A stretch of DNA of 64,000 bases from a virus, in the IMG/VR virus record IMGVR_UViG_3300028423_000356, positions 1 through 64,000 of that record. One strand, given 5' to 3'. This document shows, one piece after another, positions 36,211 to 47,100 of this stretch. The notes below the pieces were generated by a model. The model did no database searches, was not told the DNA's origin, and saw nothing but the letters and a program-made list of their open reading frames with translations. Made by a program: the position numbers and the translations under genes. Numbering within the stretch: position 1 is the first letter of the stretch; every line of letters starts with the position of its first letter.

Positions 36211-37649
36211 TGAGTACTTTGAAAGAAATAGTAAAAAGAAGTAGTAGAAGAAATTTAAATGGTGGGGAGAGTGTTGACGACACGATAGGTAAGTCATCAA
36301 ATGGATATTATGACTATAATAATGTGAATCCAAGTAAAAAGGTTCAAGCGAGATCAACTGCAACACCACCAGTAGATGCTAATTTAAAGTATTTTGGAAT
36401 GGAAGTTCCTAAAAATATTAAAAGTGGTAATAAATCGGTAAAGGGTCAGAATTATAGATATGTGACTCCAAGTGGTCACATTATAGAATATAATGACACA
36501 CCAGAACAAGAAAGAATATTAGTAAAACACAATTCGGGTACTGGAATAAATATGGGACCTGACGGTTCTGTGATTGTTTCATCCAAAGAAAGAGTTGATG
36601 TAATATCAGAAAATCACACTTTAACTGTTGGTAATGACGGTGTTTTAAATTATGATGGCAATTTAACTTTAAAGGTTGCTGGTGATTTTAATGTAGAAGT
36701 GGGTGGTGAATATAACGTAAAATCTTCTAAATCTAATATTATCACTAATGGTGATTTTAAACATACAACTTATGGTAATTTTACAAATATAATTGATGGT
36801 GATAAAACTGAATCTATTGATGGTATCAACACTCAGACTACAATAAATGAAAGTTATATACAGTCTAAAGGAAACTACACATTATCGTCTGAAGGTAGTT
36901 TCACATTTGGAAGTAAAAATAACATCCATTTTACTTCTCAATCAGAAATTGATATTTCTTCACCAAAAATTAACATAGGAGCATTAAAACTTAATGTTAT
37001 TGGTGATGAAGGGACTATTGGTGGTGAAAACATAATAATGTATAATTATAATTCTTATACAGGACACACAATATATGCTGAAGATAATGTGAAAGCACCA
37101 CATGGTTACTTTAATAGATTGAGTGGTGTATCTGCGCATTATGTAACATTCCATGGTGATTTAAATGGTGTAGCATCTGGTGCCATATCATCTAATGTTG
37201 CTGCTGCTCCAGGTGGTGGTGGAAATAGTGGTACATTTAATGGAAATGGTGAAGAAGTTCCCCTAGACCCCAAAAAGACATCAGAACCAAATCAAGGTTT
37301 GTTAAATTCTTACCTCGATAAAGGATCGAAAGGTGTTTTAAAAGTTCAAATTGATCCTGATGATATATATAAACAAAGTATAGATTTCACAGAAAAAAAT
37401 GGTAATGTTTCAAATAGAATTTTAAATGAAAATGAAGTAAGACAACAATTAAGAGATCCATCCAATAGGGAAAATGAAAAGTTCTTAGGACAAATATTTA
37501 CAAATGAAATAATCTCTACTGATTTTGCAAAAGAAATACCACAAAAAGTTAGTTATGTTAACTCATCTAAGAATCCTGTGATAAAAGGTCAAATACCTTT
37601 AGGTAACATTGAACCTTATAAAGTTTCAAAGAAAATTAAAGGTGAGTAG
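36207..37649 (+). CDS. gp5 C-terminal beta-helix spike protein
   Basis: TPSGHIIEYNDTP..ERI..H.SG followed by VxG(D/N) repeats. Confidence 0.85.
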   Translation: MMSTLKEIVKRSSRRNLNGGESVDDTIGKSSNGYYDYNNVNPSKKVQARSTATPPVDANLKYFGMEVPKNIKSGNKSVKGQNYRYVTPSGHIIEYNDTPEQERILVKHNSGTGINMGPDGSVIVSSKERVDVISENHTLTVGNDGVLNYDGNLTLKVAGDFNVEVGGEYNVKSSKSNIITNGDFKHTTYGNFTNIIDGDKTESIDGINTQTTINESYIQSKGNYTLSSEGSFTFGSKNNIHFTSQSEIDISSPKINIGALKLNVIGDEGTIGGENIIMYNYNSYTGHTIYAEDNVKAPHGYFNRLSGVSAHYVTFHGDLNGVASGAISSNVAAAPGGGGNSGTFNGNGEEVPLDPKKTSEPNQGLLNSYLDKGSKGVLKVQIDPDDIYKQSIDFTEKNGNVSNRILNENEVRQQLRDPSNRENEKFLGQIFTNEIISTDFAKEIPQKVSYVNSSKNPVIKGQIPLGNIEPYKVSKKIKGE

Positions 37650-37651
37650 AA

Positions 37652-38236
37652 ATGAGTAAAAAATATTTACCAGATTTAAATTATATACCTGATAATCTAA
37701 CCGAAATAACACCAAAAACACTTTTAAACAAAGGTGTTTCTCTGGGTGTGTTTTTACCAAACACAGATATAAATCACATTACGAGTTTAGAAGAGAGAAA
37801 ACAAATATGTCGTAACTTGTTACCACAAGCACACATTTTAAAATACATGAGAAATCATGGTTTGAATTTTTCTAACTATAGAATAAATGTTGTCGAAGGT
37901 TTATACAAAAAGTATGAATCACAACAAATAACTAACAACAGTATACTTGATTTACAAACAAAAGGTAGAGTGGTAGTATATGAACTTAAATATGATGGAA
38001 AACCAAACATAGATAAGACTGTAGAATTGGCAAATAATATATCAATTTTTCAAAAACATTATGATAAAGTGATATTAGATTATGATAACTATTCTAAGAG
38101 TGGTGAATTAAATGTTCAAATAATAATAACAATGCCACAAATACCGTCTGATTATAATGTTAGATTTAAAAGAGAATATGAAACACTATACAATAACGTT
38201 TCTTATGGAGATGATTTAATTAAATTAAAAATGTAA
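37652..38236 (+). CDS. Hypothetical baseplate-region protein
   Basis: Position between gp5 and gp25. Confidence 0.6.
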   Translation: MSKKYLPDLNYIPDNLTEITPKTLLNKGVSLGVFLPNTDINHITSLEERKQICRNLLPQAHILKYMRNHGLNFSNYRINVVEGLYKKYESQQITNNSILDLQTKGRVVVYELKYDGKPNIDKTVELANNISIFQKHYDKVILDYDNYSKSGELNVQIIITMPQIPSDYNVRFKREYETLYNNVSYGDDLIKLKM

Positions 38237-38245
38237 TAAAATCAT

Positions 38246-38253
38246 TATAAATA
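38246..38253 (+). promoter_or_regulatory. T4-type late promoter
   Basis: TATAAATA. Confidence 0.75.
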
Positions 38254-38281
38254 ATATAAAACATGTTAACGGAAAATAAAA

Positions 38282-38728
38282 ATGGCTATAAGAAAAGTTA
38301 TATCAATAGAAGATGGCAATTCATCAACAAGTATAATAAAAGCAAATAAAGATAGATCATATATAGACATTGATTTATCTTTTAATAAAAAACCATCTGG
38401 TGATATTTACAAAAAAAGTGATATACAATCCGTTAGACAAGCAGTTAAAAATTTGTTACTAACTAACTATTACGAAAAACCATTTGATTTATTTTTTGGT
38501 GCAAATGTTTCTGGTATGTTATTTGAACTCGCAGATAATAACACAAGTAGAGATATTAGAAAAAATATTCAAGATGCTATTGAGTTTTATGAACCACGTG
38601 TTACCATAAGGGATATTGAAGTTAATATAGTGGGAGAAAGAAATTCAATAAATGTAACAGTTACATTTGCTATTAGAAACACATTAGAAGAAACATCAGT
38701 TTCTGCAAACTTATCGAGGTTAAGATAA
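38282..38728 (+). CDS. gp25: Baseplate wedge gp25
   Basis: DIDLSF..VKNLLLT..EKPF..FG..YEPRV. Confidence 0.92.
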   Translation: MAIRKVISIEDGNSSTSIIKANKDRSYIDIDLSFNKKPSGDIYKKSDIQSVRQAVKNLLLTNYYEKPFDLFFGANVSGMLFELADNNTSRDIRKNIQDAIEFYEPRVTIRDIEVNIVGERNSINVTVTFAIRNTLEETSVSANLSRLR

Positions 38729-40563
38729 TGTCTACTACAATTAAATCTACATCATTAGATTTTGAAAATATTAAAGAAAATCTTAAAACCTTTTTAAAAC
38801 AAAAGGAAGAATTTAAAGATTATGATTTTGAGGCATCAGGATTAAACAACATTCTTGATGTTTTAGCTTGGAACACTCACTATAATGCATTAACTACAAA
38901 TTTTGCACTTAATGAATCCTTTTTAAATACTGCACAACTGAGAAGTTCTATTATATCACTTGCTGAAAGTGTTGGTTATATCCCAAAATCAAAGTCCTCT
39001 TCTATGGCAGTTCTTAATCTTTCTATCGATTTAAGACAATCAAACAATAAACCTTCAAGGATATCTATACCACGTTACACGGCGTTCCAATCAAATGTTG
39101 ATGGAAATAGTTTTACATTTTATACAAAAGATAATTTAATTGGTTTGAATGATGGTAACGACATTTATAACTTAACATTGGGTGATGGAAATAGAGATAT
39201 TCCTGTATTTGAAGGAACTATAAAAAGAAAATCCTTTATTGCTGATGAAGAATCAAGAAATGCGATATACATAATATCTGACACTGATATTGATATAGAA
39301 AGTGTTGTTGTTAAGGTTTACGATTCTGTTACAACTGATTTATTTACAACATACAAAGACATTAAAGATGTTTCAACAATAGATGAAAACACTGCTTTCT
39401 ATATCCTTAAAGAATCCCCTAATGGTTATTATGAACTGACTTTTAGTGGTGGTAGCACTTTAGGAAAATATCCTTTACCAGGATATAAGATAGAAGTTGA
39501 ATATTTCTCCACTAAAGGTTCAGAAGCTAACAGAGCAACAACATTTACACCATTATTAGATTACGTAAATCCATTAGAACCTGAAAGAGCATATGAAATC
39601 AAAACTATAACTAAATCAGAATCATCTGGTGGTTCTGACATTGAAAATATTGAATCAATAAGAAAAAATGCACCTTTTCAATATGCAGCACAAAATAGAA
39701 TGGTTACATCTGTGGACTATTCATCTTTAATTTTGAGAAAATTTGGAAATTACATTGAGGATATTCAGTCATATGGTGGTGAAGATGCATTAGAAAAAGA
39801 ATTTGGAACAGTGTTCATTTCAATTGTATTTAAAGATGATGAAATCATCAATGAATCTTTTAAAGAATCTATAAAATCACAAATTGTAGATTTGGTAGGT
39901 GATTTGGCAGTCGTTTCGTTTAATGTTAAGTTTGTCGATCCAATTGAAACATATATTCAAACGAATGTATACTATCAATTTAATCCTAAATTCACAACAT
40001 TATCAACAAGTGGTGTTAACAATGAAATTGACGAAGTTGTTAAAAATTATTTTGAAACTAATTTAGGTAAATTCAACTCATCATTTAGAAGATCACAACT
40101 ATTAACTGAAGTCGATGAAGTTAATGAAGCAGTTTTATCTTCAAGAGCAGAAGTTCTAATGAGTCAAAAAACTGATTTAGATTTTGATAGGTCTAAAAAT
40201 TATTCGTTTAGATTCCCAGTAAGAATTGCTAACCCTGATGATAAAAATTATATAATAAAATCATCCACTTTTGGTTATGGTAATAGTAGGGTTTATATTA
40301 GAAATAGATTGAACACTAACATTTTAGAACTATATAGAATTGATGATAAAAAAGTTATAGTTGATAATATAGGTTCATATGATTCTTTAAAGGGTAATGT
40401 AAATATAATAGCACTCAATCCTTCTACTTTTGGTGGATTAACAAATAGTTTTAAAATATCTGCTGTTCCATTTAACCAATCTGCTATATCACCCACAAGA
40501 GAGGATATATTATTGTATGACAAAGAATCGTTTGCAAAAGCAGTTATAGTAACTAGTGAATAA
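38728..40563 (+). CDS. gp6: Baseplate wedge gp6
   Basis: LDFxxIK..FxDYDFE..LAxNTHY..NExFL..QNRMVT.DY. Confidence 0.95.
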   Translation: MSTTIKSTSLDFENIKENLKTFLKQKEEFKDYDFEASGLNNILDVLAWNTHYNALTTNFALNESFLNTAQLRSSIISLAESVGYIPKSKSSSMAVLNLSIDLRQSNNKPSRISIPRYTAFQSNVDGNSFTFYTKDNLIGLNDGNDIYNLTLGDGNRDIPVFEGTIKRKSFIADEESRNAIYIISDTDIDIESVVVKVYDSVTTDLFTTYKDIKDVSTIDENTAFYILKESPNGYYELTFSGGSTLGKYPLPGYKIEVEYFSTKGSEANRATTFTPLLDYVNPLEPERAYEIKTITKSESSGGSDIENIESIRKNAPFQYAAQNRMVTSVDYSSLILRKFGNYIEDIQSYGGEDALEKEFGTVFISIVFKDDEIINESFKESIKSQIVDLVGDLAVVSFNVKFVDPIETYIQTNVYYQFNPKFTTLSTSGVNNEIDEVVKNYFETNLGKFNSSFRRSQLLTEVDEVNEAVLSSRAEVLMSQKTDLDFDRSKNYSFRFPVRIANPDDKNYIIKSSTFGYGNSRVYIRNRLNTNILELYRIDDKKVIVDNIGSYDSLKGNVNIIALNPSTFGGLTNSFKISAVPFNQSAISPTREDILLYDKESFAKAVIVTSE

Positions 40564-40580
40564 AAATAGGGTTATTAAAA

Positions 40581-41594
40581 ATGACTACTGAAGACTATAC
40601 ATTGAAAGACACTGGAAGAAGAAACTTTACGGTATCAAATTACCATAGAGTTAAAGAAGTGTTGCCACAACACATAGTTCAAAATTATCCACTGTTAGTA
40701 GGTCTTTTAGAATCCTATTTTGAATTTGAAGACTTAGAAAAATTCACTTTTACTGATTCTGACGGAACTCACACAATACCTGCTTCACCAACAAGATTAA
40801 TTCATGAAGTTTTAAAAGTGAGAGATATCAATGAAACTGATGAAACGTTATTAAACAATATTGAAGATGAATTGCTTTTAGGAACACAGTATTTTAGAGG
40901 TTTTATAGATAAAAGAACATCTGCAAAGTTTTCCAATAATTTGTATCGTGCAAAAGGAACTTTATATTCCATACAACAATTTTTTAAAATGTTTTTCGAT
41001 GAAGTTCCTGAAGTTAGATACACAAAACAAGATGTTTTTATCGTGGGCGAATCTAAAATAGGATGGGAAAGTCAAAAGTTTTTAACTAATGATAAACTAT
41101 ATCAAACATTAGCCATATTAATAAAAACAAGTATACCTATTAATGTGTGGAATGAAGTTTACAAACTATTTGTTCACCCTGCTGGTGTATACCTTGGTGC
41201 TAGAGTTCTTATAGAAGGGGTGGGAGATTTTGACTTAAACTTTATGCCTGATTATAAAGAAGATGAACAGTTGACCTTAATGAAAAGTCAAGGTAATATT
41301 AACACAGATGCAATCCCAGATTTGACATATCTAATTAAAGATGATAACCCAGAACTTAAAGTTAGAACTACCATACCTGGTGATATCAACACACTTGGCG
41401 ATATAACACTTGACCAACTTGATAAAACTTACAACAATTTAAAAGAATTTATTCAGGCATCATCACCAACTCTTGATAATGACTTCACAGATAGTGATTT
41501 AAAAGCAATGACCTTAGACCAAGATTGGATTACCTTGGATACTATGGATGAGGTTTCTTATCCAGTATTCTATGATTCTGACGAAAATGGTTAA
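40581..41594 (+). CDS. Baseplate wedge gp7-like (short)
   Basis: LP..YP..LY.AKGT..FF..FVHPAG. Confidence 0.75.
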   Translation: MTTEDYTLKDTGRRNFTVSNYHRVKEVLPQHIVQNYPLLVGLLESYFEFEDLEKFTFTDSDGTHTIPASPTRLIHEVLKVRDINETDETLLNNIEDELLLGTQYFRGFIDKRTSAKFSNNLYRAKGTLYSIQQFFKMFFDEVPEVRYTKQDVFIVGESKIGWESQKFLTNDKLYQTLAILIKTSIPINVWNEVYKLFVHPAGVYLGARVLIEGVGDFDLNFMPDYKEDEQLTLMKSQGNINTDAIPDLTYLIKDDNPELKVRTTIPGDINTLGDITLDQLDKTYNNLKEFIQASSPTLDNDFTDSDLKAMTLDQDWITLDTMDEVSYPVFYDSDENG

Positions 41595-41601
41595 AAATTT
41601 A

Positions 41602-41609
41602 TATAAATA
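41602..41609 (+). promoter_or_regulatory. T4-type late promoter
   Basis: TATAAATA. Confidence 0.75.
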
Positions 41610-41636
41610 ATATAAAAAGACAATTGGAAAATAATT

Positions 41637-42665
41637 ATGGCAAGAGAAATAATTAATATAGGACTACAACCAAATGATGGTAAAGGTGACACTCTAAGGC
41701 AACTTGGTATAAAGGTAAACAATAACTTTACTCAGTTGTTTGACGCTGTTTTTCATGATTCAGATTCAGCAGGAATGTCTGACTCTGATATTCAGTATAT
41801 TTCTAAACAGATAAATTTTGTTGGTATATCCTTTGATAATATTTTAAATTTTGAAGAAGGTAGTGAAGAAGTAACAAATACATTACCCTCCACAACAGGT
41901 GTTATATTAAACAATAATTCTGTTTCATTTATAAAAAATAAAACATTCAATAATTTGATGTTATCTGATTCAGAAAATGGTAATAAGTATATCTTAACAC
42001 CATCAATTATTGATAGTGACACTATCATAAATTTACCACCAGTATTAGATAGTGATACATTTCTTTTTGCTGAAACGTATCAAGATGTTTTTAATAAAAC
42101 TTATTATGCACCAAGAATCGCTGATTATCTTGCTGACAGTAATGGTGCACCAATAATTTCTATAAATAGAGTTCTTTCAGCAGCTAACAATGTATCAATA
42201 AGTAATGCACAAAAGGGTAACAGTCCAACAATCTCTGTTATAGGAAATCCAGATTACCAACCTTTAGATAGTGATATAGATTTAACAATAGAGACTAAAG
42301 GTTTAGGTGTGTTAAAAATAAACAATCCATTAGTTAAAGAAAATGATATTGTCGATTTTACATCTGGTGTATCATCAGATTCTGATTTATCACTTGATAA
42401 AGAAATAACACATTTCACAGGTGATAGTGATGGTCAAATTATTTTACCAACTCCAATTAAAGAAAACTTTGTGAAAAAACTTATAAATATTTCCAATAAC
42501 AATGTAGAAGTTATTCCAGAAGTATTTACGAACGGTTCTTCTATAGTAATGAAACCAAATTCTGTTGTAAAACTACACTACACTTCACTTGTTGGATGGA
42601 TGTTAGAAGAAAATATTATTTACGATTCAACAGAAACAAATGCCCTTTGGTATGTAAAACAATAA
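41637..42665 (+). CDS. gp9/gp10-like baseplate-fibre connector
   Basis: INIGxxPNDGxGDTLR..KxNxNF N-terminal motif. Confidence 0.75.
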   Translation: MAREIINIGLQPNDGKGDTLRQLGIKVNNNFTQLFDAVFHDSDSAGMSDSDIQYISKQINFVGISFDNILNFEEGSEEVTNTLPSTTGVILNNNSVSFIKNKTFNNLMLSDSENGNKYILTPSIIDSDTIINLPPVLDSDTFLFAETYQDVFNKTYYAPRIADYLADSNGAPIISINRVLSAANNVSISNAQKGNSPTISVIGNPDYQPLDSDIDLTIETKGLGVLKINNPLVKENDIVDFTSGVSSDSDLSLDKEITHFTGDSDGQIILPTPIKENFVKKLINISNNNVEVIPEVFTNGSSIVMKPNSVVKLHYTSLVGWMLEENIIYDSTETNALWYVKQ

Positions 42666-42678
42666 ATGAGAGAATAAA

Positions 42679-44094
42679 ATGGCAGCTATTATAACAGACG
42701 ATTTTAAAAAGAGAGTTTTAACTGATATTTATTCTGATTTTTTAGATTCAGAAAATAAATTCTATCTTGGTATAGGTAAACCAATAGTTTGGAACGATTC
42801 AGATATCCCTGTAACACCTCTAAACACTGAAAGAGAAATCAGAAACGCTAAATTAAACACAATATCAGTAAAGTTAATAAAAGACGCATCACGTGTAGCA
42901 AAAAGATATAATTGGTCAAGAGGCACTATATATAACACATATAATGATGATGTGAGAGAAGAAGACAATAATAACTATTATGTTATAACTGATGAAAATG
43001 AAGTTTTTGTGTGTATTGCTAATGGTAAAGATAATTTAGGTAACCCACAACCTTCAAGAATTAAACCAACATATGCAGACAGAGATACACCATTTTTATT
43101 AGAAGATGGATATATTTGGAAATTCTTATTCACAGTTGGAACACTAGAATCTTTAAAGTTTATGGGTGCAAACTATTTTCCAATTAGAGTTATTGATACA
43201 GAAACAGGAACAGACTCTGATAAATCAAGTGGATATGAATTAAAACAATATTACATACAACAAATAGCAACTCCTGGTGAGATATTAGGATATGAAGTTA
43301 TTGAAGGTGGTACAGAATACGATAATACTGTAGAACTTCAAATTGTGGGTGATGGTTTAGTAGAAGCAAAAGCAACAGCAAATGTTAACAATGGGACAAT
43401 AACTCATGTAGATGTAGCATTTGAAGATGAAAATAATGTTGATAGTGACAATTTAAACCTAGCATTTGGACAAGGTTATTCGTATGCAAGTGTTAATGTG
43501 ATACCAAATAATATTCGTTCCGAATCAGCAATTGATGCTGAAATTAGACCTATATTTGGTCCAAAAGATGGTTTGGGTGCAAATTCTTATGATGACTTAC
43601 GCTCTAATGCAATTATGTTTTACACAAATGCAGATGGTGATGTAAATGGAGATTGGATTGTTGGTAATGACTTTAGACAAGTCACACTCATGAATATTCC
43701 ATATATAAATGACCAAGAGGGTATAACATTAAAATCATTTGAAGTTGAATATGATAATGAATTTAATCCATTTACTGTGGATAATAAAATATTTTCTGAA
43801 ACTTCAGGGGCAGAAGCTTATGTTGTTAAAACAGAAGAAACCGTTGAAGAGACAACAAATAAAATAATAAATACAATATGGTATTTACAAAATGAAACTA
43901 CTGGTTTTAACAATTTCCAAGTTGAAGATGAAGTAAGTGAATTAAAAGGAACTGGTAATGGTACAATAACCAAATTAAATGATACACCAGATATTAATGT
44001 TATGGATGCTGAAGTTTTATATATAGACAATAGATACCCAGTAATGAGAACAATCAATCAAGAAGAAGATTTTAAAATAATTATAAAAATATAA
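42679..44094 (+). CDS. gp8: Baseplate wedge gp8
   Basis: MAAIIT..DGYIWKFL..NDFRQ..LYIDNR..Q.ED.KIII. Confidence 0.9.
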   Translation: MAAIITDDFKKRVLTDIYSDFLDSENKFYLGIGKPIVWNDSDIPVTPLNTEREIRNAKLNTISVKLIKDASRVAKRYNWSRGTIYNTYNDDVREEDNNNYYVITDENEVFVCIANGKDNLGNPQPSRIKPTYADRDTPFLLEDGYIWKFLFTVGTLESLKFMGANYFPIRVIDTETGTDSDKSSGYELKQYYIQQIATPGEILGYEVIEGGTEYDNTVELQIVGDGLVEAKATANVNNGTITHVDVAFEDENNVDSDNLNLAFGQGYSYASVNVIPNNIRSESAIDAEIRPIFGPKDGLGANSYDDLRSNAIMFYTNADGDVNGDWIVGNDFRQVTLMNIPYINDQEGITLKSFEVEYDNEFNPFTVDNKIFSETSGAEAYVVKTEETVEETTNKIINTIWYLQNETTGFNNFQVEDEVSELKGTGNGTITKLNDTPDINVMDAEVLYIDNRYPVMRTINQEEDFKIIIKI

Positions 44095-44106
44095 TGGAAG
44101 AGAATT

Positions 44107-47100
44107 ATGGCTGAAAAATTTACATCAAATACATTCAATGAAGTATATAAAGATGATTTCAATGCAGATGATAACTATCATAGAATATTATTCAATTCTG
44201 GTAGACCACTACAAGCAAGAGAACTAACACAATTACAAACTATAATTCAAGAGGAATTGTATAGATTTGGTAGTCACATTTTTAGAGAAGGTGCATCTGT
44301 AAATGCTGGTAATGTCACCTGTACAAATGTTGAATATATTAGATTAAACACAGAATTTTATCCTCTTCCTGAAAACATTTCGGATATAATAGGAGACACT
44401 TTTATCTCTGATACAACTCAATTCGAGTTCGTTGTAAATGATGTTTTAGAAGAAGTGTATGATAGTGATGGTGTAACATTATCAGAACCAGCAACACTCA
44501 TAATCTCATATACTGGTAGTAATTTAGACTCAGATGTGACAGTGAGAGATAGTGACGGTGAATACATAACTCCAAAAAGAATTATTTCAGAGGAAGTGTT
44601 GAATCAAGAAAGTGGTGATGTAACTTTAAAGGTTGAAACTCTTATTGAAAACGCTCAGTATCCAGTTGCAGGACAAGGAACTAAGTTGGCAGTTGAGACA
44701 GGGGACTTTTTTGCTGCTAAACACTTTGTTGAATCTAATGAACAATCTATTTATCTATCAAAGTATGTATCATTAGTTAACACAACTGTAGGATTTAAAG
44801 TTATTCAAGATATTGTAACAGTTGATGATACTGTTGACTTATACGATAATCAAGGTGATACACCAAATTTAACATCACCTGGAGCTGACCGATATAGAAT
44901 ACGTCTTGTATTAGAAGAAGAAAAAAATGTAAATTCAGAAGATAATTTTATTCCAATTGCCACTGTTGAAAACAGTATAGTTGTTTCTCAAATAAATCAA
45001 GGTGTAAATGAAATATACAATAAACTTGGTGATAATATTGCAAGAAGAACTTATGAAGAATCTGGAGATTATATTGCTGACAGATTTACTCTTAGATTTG
45101 AAGAAGGTGATAGTGATAACGCAGTTAATTTTGTAGTATCTCCTGGAATTGCGTATATAAATGGATATCGTGCAGAAATTAATAGAGATGAAGTTATATC
45201 TGTAAATAAACCAAGAAAAACACAGTTATTCACAGAAGAAACAGTTCCAGTTGAATATGGAAACTATTTATTGATGGAAACTAATGGTTCCAAAGGTCTA
45301 CCAGACATATCAACTTTTGAAGAATTAACACTAAAAAAGGGTAGAGACTTCTTAGATAGTGATATGGGGACAGTTCGTGTTCGTTCTATTGAAAAAGATG
45401 GAGATGATTTAAGATTTTATTTATTTGATTTTAACATTTTACCTGGTCAAAGAGAATCAGAAATATCTTCAATTGGTTCATCAACTAATAATTATTTTAA
45501 TGTAAATAAAGATTTCAATAATACAAGAACAATTCGTAAAGATGTATCTGGAAATGATTTATTATTCAATTTCCCTAATGCATATGTTGCCAATATATTA
45601 GAACAACCAACATCATTTGTCGCACAAAGACAATTTAATGAAACAACAAATAGCAGTGGTGAAGTTACAATTGGAACAAGTGGTTCATCTGACAAGTTCA
45701 CAGATTCAACTCTTTGGATTGCTTCCAAAGAAAATGGAGAATTGGTAAACATAACTAATAACCCAACTTTAAATCAAAGTACCACTACTTTGGTTCTTGA
45801 AGATGATCTTGGACTAGTTACTAACCAAAATGTGACAATATTAACATATGTATTTAAAGAAGATGCACAACCAAGAGCAAAAAGTAAAAATGAAATAACT
45901 GAAACTTTGACCCCTGATTTAAATGGAAACATCACACTGTCAAATGCAGATATTATTAACGTGATAGATATTTTAGATTCAGATGAAAACGGTTCTGATT
46001 TATCAGGAAGATATTCAGTTGATAACGGTCAAAGAGATAATTATTATGGATTAGGTAAATTAAATCTTATACCGGGTTCTACACCACCATCTAATAATGT
46101 TTATATAAAATATGAATATTATAGTCATGGTAATGGAGACTTTTTCTGTATAAACTCATATCCTGAGAAGGATAATGTTGAAACATATGGTGATATCCCA
46201 GTTTATACAAGTGAAACAGGTGATGAAATACCTCTAAGAGATGTGGTAGATTTTAGACCAACACAATCTTCTGATGGTTCGTTTTCAAATATAAATATCA
46301 ACGAATTACCAAGAAACACAGATTTATTCCAAACTGATGTTAACTACTATATGCCAAAAAATGCAAAGGTGGTTATAAATGAAAGTGGTGTAGTTGATGT
46401 AATTGAGGGTAAGGATGCTATGGATCCTAAAATGCCCACAACACCACCAACAGCTTTAGATTTGTATCTTGTTGAAATGGCACCATTTATGATTACACCC
46501 AAAGATTTAGGTGTAACAGCTGTAGAAGCAAAAAGATATACAATGAAAGATATTGGTGATTTAGAAGAAAGACTTGCCAATTTAGAAGAAACAACTGCTC
46601 TATCTATGTTAGAATTGTCAACTTCATCATTTCAGGTCTTAGATAATGATGGTAACATAAGAACTAAATCAGGTTTCTATGTAGATAATTTTGTGGATCA
46701 ATCAAGAGCAAAGGTTGATGATGTAGAATATCGTGCTTCAATAGACCCCTCACGCCAAATTATGAGACCATCATTTAGGGCAAGTGCAATCAAACTTGTT
46801 CCATTTGAACAGTCAAATAACAATGTAAATGCAGAAATATCTGGTGACTTTATTCATCTTAAAATAAAAGATCGTGAAGTTGTTTACCAAGAACAACCTT
46901 TTGCAACAGGAACTGAAAATGTTAACCCATTCTCAGTTGTGAGTAAACGTGGTGTTGTTACATTATCACCATCAAAAGATACTTGGATGGAAACAAGGTA
47001 TTTGACTGATAAAATCACATATGGAGATGACAAATTTAACGTAGATCAAAATCAACTTTGGGATAACTGGAGTTGGAATTGGACTGGTAATGAAAAAGTT

